Of a stretch of 38,368 bases of DNA, positions 35,628 to 38,368 are shown piece by piece. How positions within the stretch are numbered: the first letter of the stretch is position 1; each line of letters opens with the position of its first letter. The stretch is from an uncultured bacterium. GTDB lineage: Bacteria; Hydrogenedentota; Hydrogenedentia; Hydrogenedentales; JAEUWI01. Under the pieces are notes generated by a model that worked only from the letters and a program-made list of their open reading frames with translations, did not search any database and was not told where the DNA came from. A program made the translations under genes and the position numbers. The stretch spans positions 1 through 38,368 of the forward strand of contig CAXBPH010000031.1 in the NCBI GenBank assembly GCA_963977445.1. The letters run 5' to 3'.

Positions 35628-38183
35628 TTGAAATACCTGTTTTTTGCCCTCACCTGTTTTATTCTCCTCGCCCCGGCTTCCGCACAGGCCACCCACACCT
35701 TCTACGTGGCACCCACAGGCAATGACGCCTGGTCCGGCACCCGCTCCGACACCAACGGAGAGGCCTCCGATGGTCCCTTCGCCTCGTTGCACCGGGCGGT
35801 GGAAATCGTGCGAGAATTGCGGACGGCCGACTCGCCAGCCCAACCGGTAGAGATTCTCCTTCGCGGTGGCACCCATTTTCTGCGCCAGCCCCTGGTATTA
35901 ACGCCAGAGGACTCGGGCACCGCAGAAGCACCCCTCACCATCAAGGCCTACCCCGGCGAAACCCCCATCCTCAGCGGGGGGCTGCCCATCACCGGTTGGC
36001 ACCCCATCGAAAACAATCTCTGGACAGCCGATCTACCCGACCTGCCCGAGGTGAAATGGGATTTTCGCACCCTCCGCGTCGGAAACGACTGGGCGACCGA
36101 GGCGCGCCACCCCAATGCGGATCCTTCAGCACCGCGGACAGGCGGCTGGCTATTCGCCCGGCAACGGACCGAACTCCAGGATGGGGGGCTCTTTGGCGTA
36201 GGCGTAAGCAATCTCCACAATGTGGGCGACCGATTGGAATGGCAGATTGAGCTCCCGGAAAAGGGGGAATACACGATCTGGGTCCGCTATGGCCACAGGA
36301 TGAAAGACTACAACCGCGAACTCATGGACGGACAGACCGTCATCGGCGTAGTAGACGGGGCAGAGGCCTCCATGGTCGATTTGCCCGATACGGGCGGCTG
36401 GTTTCCGGCGCGCTGGGGAAAGTCGGCGGTCTTACCCCTGTCCGCAGGTGCCCAACGTATCTACTGGGAAAACAAGAAAGGGGGCGGCATCCAATTGGAC
36501 GCCTTTGCCCTCTCCAGCGACCCCGAATGGAACCCAAACACAGGGATTACTATAGAGACGACCGGTGAGTACACCCTGACCCCGCCCACCCAGGGCCACG
36601 CCCTCGTTTTTCAGGCGGAAAGCTGCGTGACCAAACAGGGTCCGGATATCGTCGTGGGCGAGACCAAACCGAAGGGCCTGAAAGACCGGCTCATTATGGA
36701 TGCCACCGACTTTCCCGAATGGGATTCGTGGGACGGCGCGGAACTTCACCTTTTCCCGGCCTGGGGTTGGGTCAATACCATCACCCCCATTACAGGTGCG
36801 GACCGCGAAGATGCGACACTCTACGTCAATTCTCCCCAGGAAATTCGTCCCGGCAATCGCTTTTTTGTCGCAGGCACCCGCGCAGCCCTGGACGAACCGG
36901 GCGAGTGGTGGCTGGACCGGGCGAACAAGCAGCTCCTCTACTGGCCGCAGGAAGGCGATCTACCCGATACCGAGATCGTAGCGCCGATCATGGATCGACT
37001 CATCGACTTCCAGGGTCGGGACGATGCCTTCGTGGAGCACATCCAGTTCCAGGACATCACCTTTATGGACTCGACCTACAGCCTCGAGCAAACCTACAGC
37101 CCCTCCGATGCTGCTATCCATTTTTCCGGGTCCCAACATTGCGTCGTAGAGCGCTGCACCTTCACCCGCCTCGGAGGCTACGCCGCGTTGCTCACGCAAG
37201 GAAGCAACAACATCGACATAATCCGCAACACCATGGTCGAATTGGGCCAGGGTGGGGTCATGTTGTCGGGAAAAACCGCGGACCAGCCCCACGACAATCA
37301 AATCGTGGCGAACACCATGACCGATCTCGGTCTGATCTACAAGCACATCGCCGGGGCCTTTGTAACCACAGGCAGCGGCAATCGTATCGCCCACAATCGC
37401 ATCCACCGCATGCCCCGCTACGGCATCTCCCTGAAGTCCTTCGACGAAACCGCCTATTCCCACAATAATATCGTGGAGTACAACGAAATCATCGACACCA
37501 ACCTGGAGACCAACGACACCGGAGCCATCGAAACCCTGGGAAGGGACCGGGCCGACTCTGGTAACATAATCCGCTTCAATCTGATTCGTAATGTCGTGGG
37601 CCTGAAGACAAGCCCCGAAGGCGAGATGCTCACCCCCTACTTCACCTGGGGCATCTACCTCGATGATTACAGTAGCGGCACAACCCTCTACGGCAACATC
37701 GTGGACGGCACAGTCATTGGGGGCTTCTGCATCCACGGGGGAAAGAATAATCACGTCGAAAACAACATCTTCCTGAATGCCTCCTCGCAACAACTGCGCC
37801 TCCAGCCGCGAGACGATTTCATGGTGGGCAATACCTTCAAGAACAATATTGTCGCTTACCAGGACCCCGATACCACGCTGTGGTACTCCTACGACAAGAC
37901 CTGGCGTCCGGACCGCCTCTCGGAATGCGACAACAACGTCTATTGGTGCTACGGGGACCCCAATCTGGCGACAAGTGACCGAGCAATCACCCCGGAAGGC
38001 ACCTACGCCGACTGGCTGAAAACCGGCCACGACGCCCACTCCGTCTTTGCGAATCCAGGTTTCACGTCTTCATCACTGGAGACCTTCGGTTTAGAGGCCG
38101 ATTCTCCCGCCCTTGCCTTGGGCTTCAAGCCAATTCCCGAAGACAAAATCGGCCCAGAAGGCTACAACGGCAAGCAAGAATAA
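35628..38183 (+). CDS. Secreted right-handed parallel beta-helix protein (GH141-like) with an inserted CBM-like module
   Basis: TTG start after GGAG; signal peptide; 'FYVAPTGNDAWSG...DGPFASL..A', 'LRGGTHFL', 'AYPGETPILSGG', 'LDEPGEWWLD', PbH1 repeats 'GNRIAHNRIH', 'DTGAI', 'WGIYLDD'. Confidence 0.85.
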   Translation: MKYLFFALTCFILLAPASAQATHTFYVAPTGNDAWSGTRSDTNGEASDGPFASLHRAVEIVRELRTADSPAQPVEILLRGGTHFLRQPLVLTPEDSGTAEAPLTIKAYPGETPILSGGLPITGWHPIENNLWTADLPDLPEVKWDFRTLRVGNDWATEARHPNADPSAPRTGGWLFARQRTELQDGGLFGVGVSNLHNVGDRLEWQIELPEKGEYTIWVRYGHRMKDYNRELMDGQTVIGVVDGAEASMVDLPDTGGWFPARWGKSAVLPLSAGAQRIYWENKKGGGIQLDAFALSSDPEWNPNTGITIETTGEYTLTPPTQGHALVFQAESCVTKQGPDIVVGETKPKGLKDRLIMDATDFPEWDSWDGAELHLFPAWGWVNTITPITGADREDATLYVNSPQEIRPGNRFFVAGTRAALDEPGEWWLDRANKQLLYWPQEGDLPDTEIVAPIMDRLIDFQGRDDAFVEHIQFQDITFMDSTYSLEQTYSPSDAAIHFSGSQHCVVERCTFTRLGGYAALLTQGSNNIDIIRNTMVELGQGGVMLSGKTADQPHDNQIVANTMTDLGLIYKHIAGAFVTTGSGNRIAHNRIHRMPRYGISLKSFDETAYSHNNIVEYNEIIDTNLETNDTGAIETLGRDRADSGNIIRFNLIRNVVGLKTSPEGEMLTPYFTWGIYLDDYSSGTTLYGNIVDGTVIGGFCIHGGKNNHVENNIFLNASSQQLRLQPRDDFMVGNTFKNNIVAYQDPDTTLWYSYDKTWRPDRLSECDNNVYWCYGDPNLATSDRAITPEGTYADWLKTGHDAHSVFANPGFTSSSLETFGLEADSPALALGFKPIPEDKIGPEGYNGKQE

Positions 38184-38368
38184 GTGCGAAGCCGCAAACC
38201 TTCACGTGGCACTATATTACGGATACGATTTGGGACTGCCTCACCACACCATGCCGATAACCCACACCTCGCACCGCCCTCGCAGTATCACCGAACCAAG
38301 CTACGGCAGTTAACTCCGGTGTGGCTGTCCCGTAGTTGGCCAGGACGCACCAGGGCGGACGGAGAAAA

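Noticed and set aside
38184..38368. Possible riboswitch or ncRNA at the right edge
   Set aside because: No recognisable consensus, and the region is truncated by the window end.

Overview
A bacterial chromosomal segment with no rRNA, tRNA or CRISPR array detected. The lineage may be Candidatus Hydrogenedentota or a similar PVC-like group; this is inferred only from the style of the EF-hand-rich surface protein and the planctomycete-type cytochrome c. Genes, left to right: the 3' part of a giant secreted adhesin-like protein (Ig/cadherin-like, DUF11, ASH/choice-of-anchor-D domains, EF-hand arrays, Cys-containing C-terminal anchor); anmK; a probable catabolic operon (Na+/solute symporter, class III aminotransferase, M81/MlrC metallohydrolase); an orphan TerB-N/TerB/TerB-C protein; an MDR oxidoreductase; a three-gene membrane module (YqiJ/NfeD-like, YqiK flotillin, 1720-aa AAA+ ATPase); a REP-associated tyrosine transposase (RAYT) flanked by its REPs; a GH78 rhamnosidase; a PAS histidine kinase and OmpR-family regulator pair divergent from a small ORF and a methyltransferase/ATP-grasp fusion, with four 11-bp-period boxes between them; a mono-haem cytochrome c lipoprotein; and a beta-helix carbohydrate-active protein. 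The intergenic DNA is unusually rich in small palindromic elements. These include several REP classes, a 203-bp MITE inserted in a REP loop (4-bp TSD) that itself carries a REP doublet, a ~21-bp sequence found inside hairpins of two unrelated REP families, and a 67-bp dispersed repeat. All domain calls come from motif recognition by eye, not database searches.
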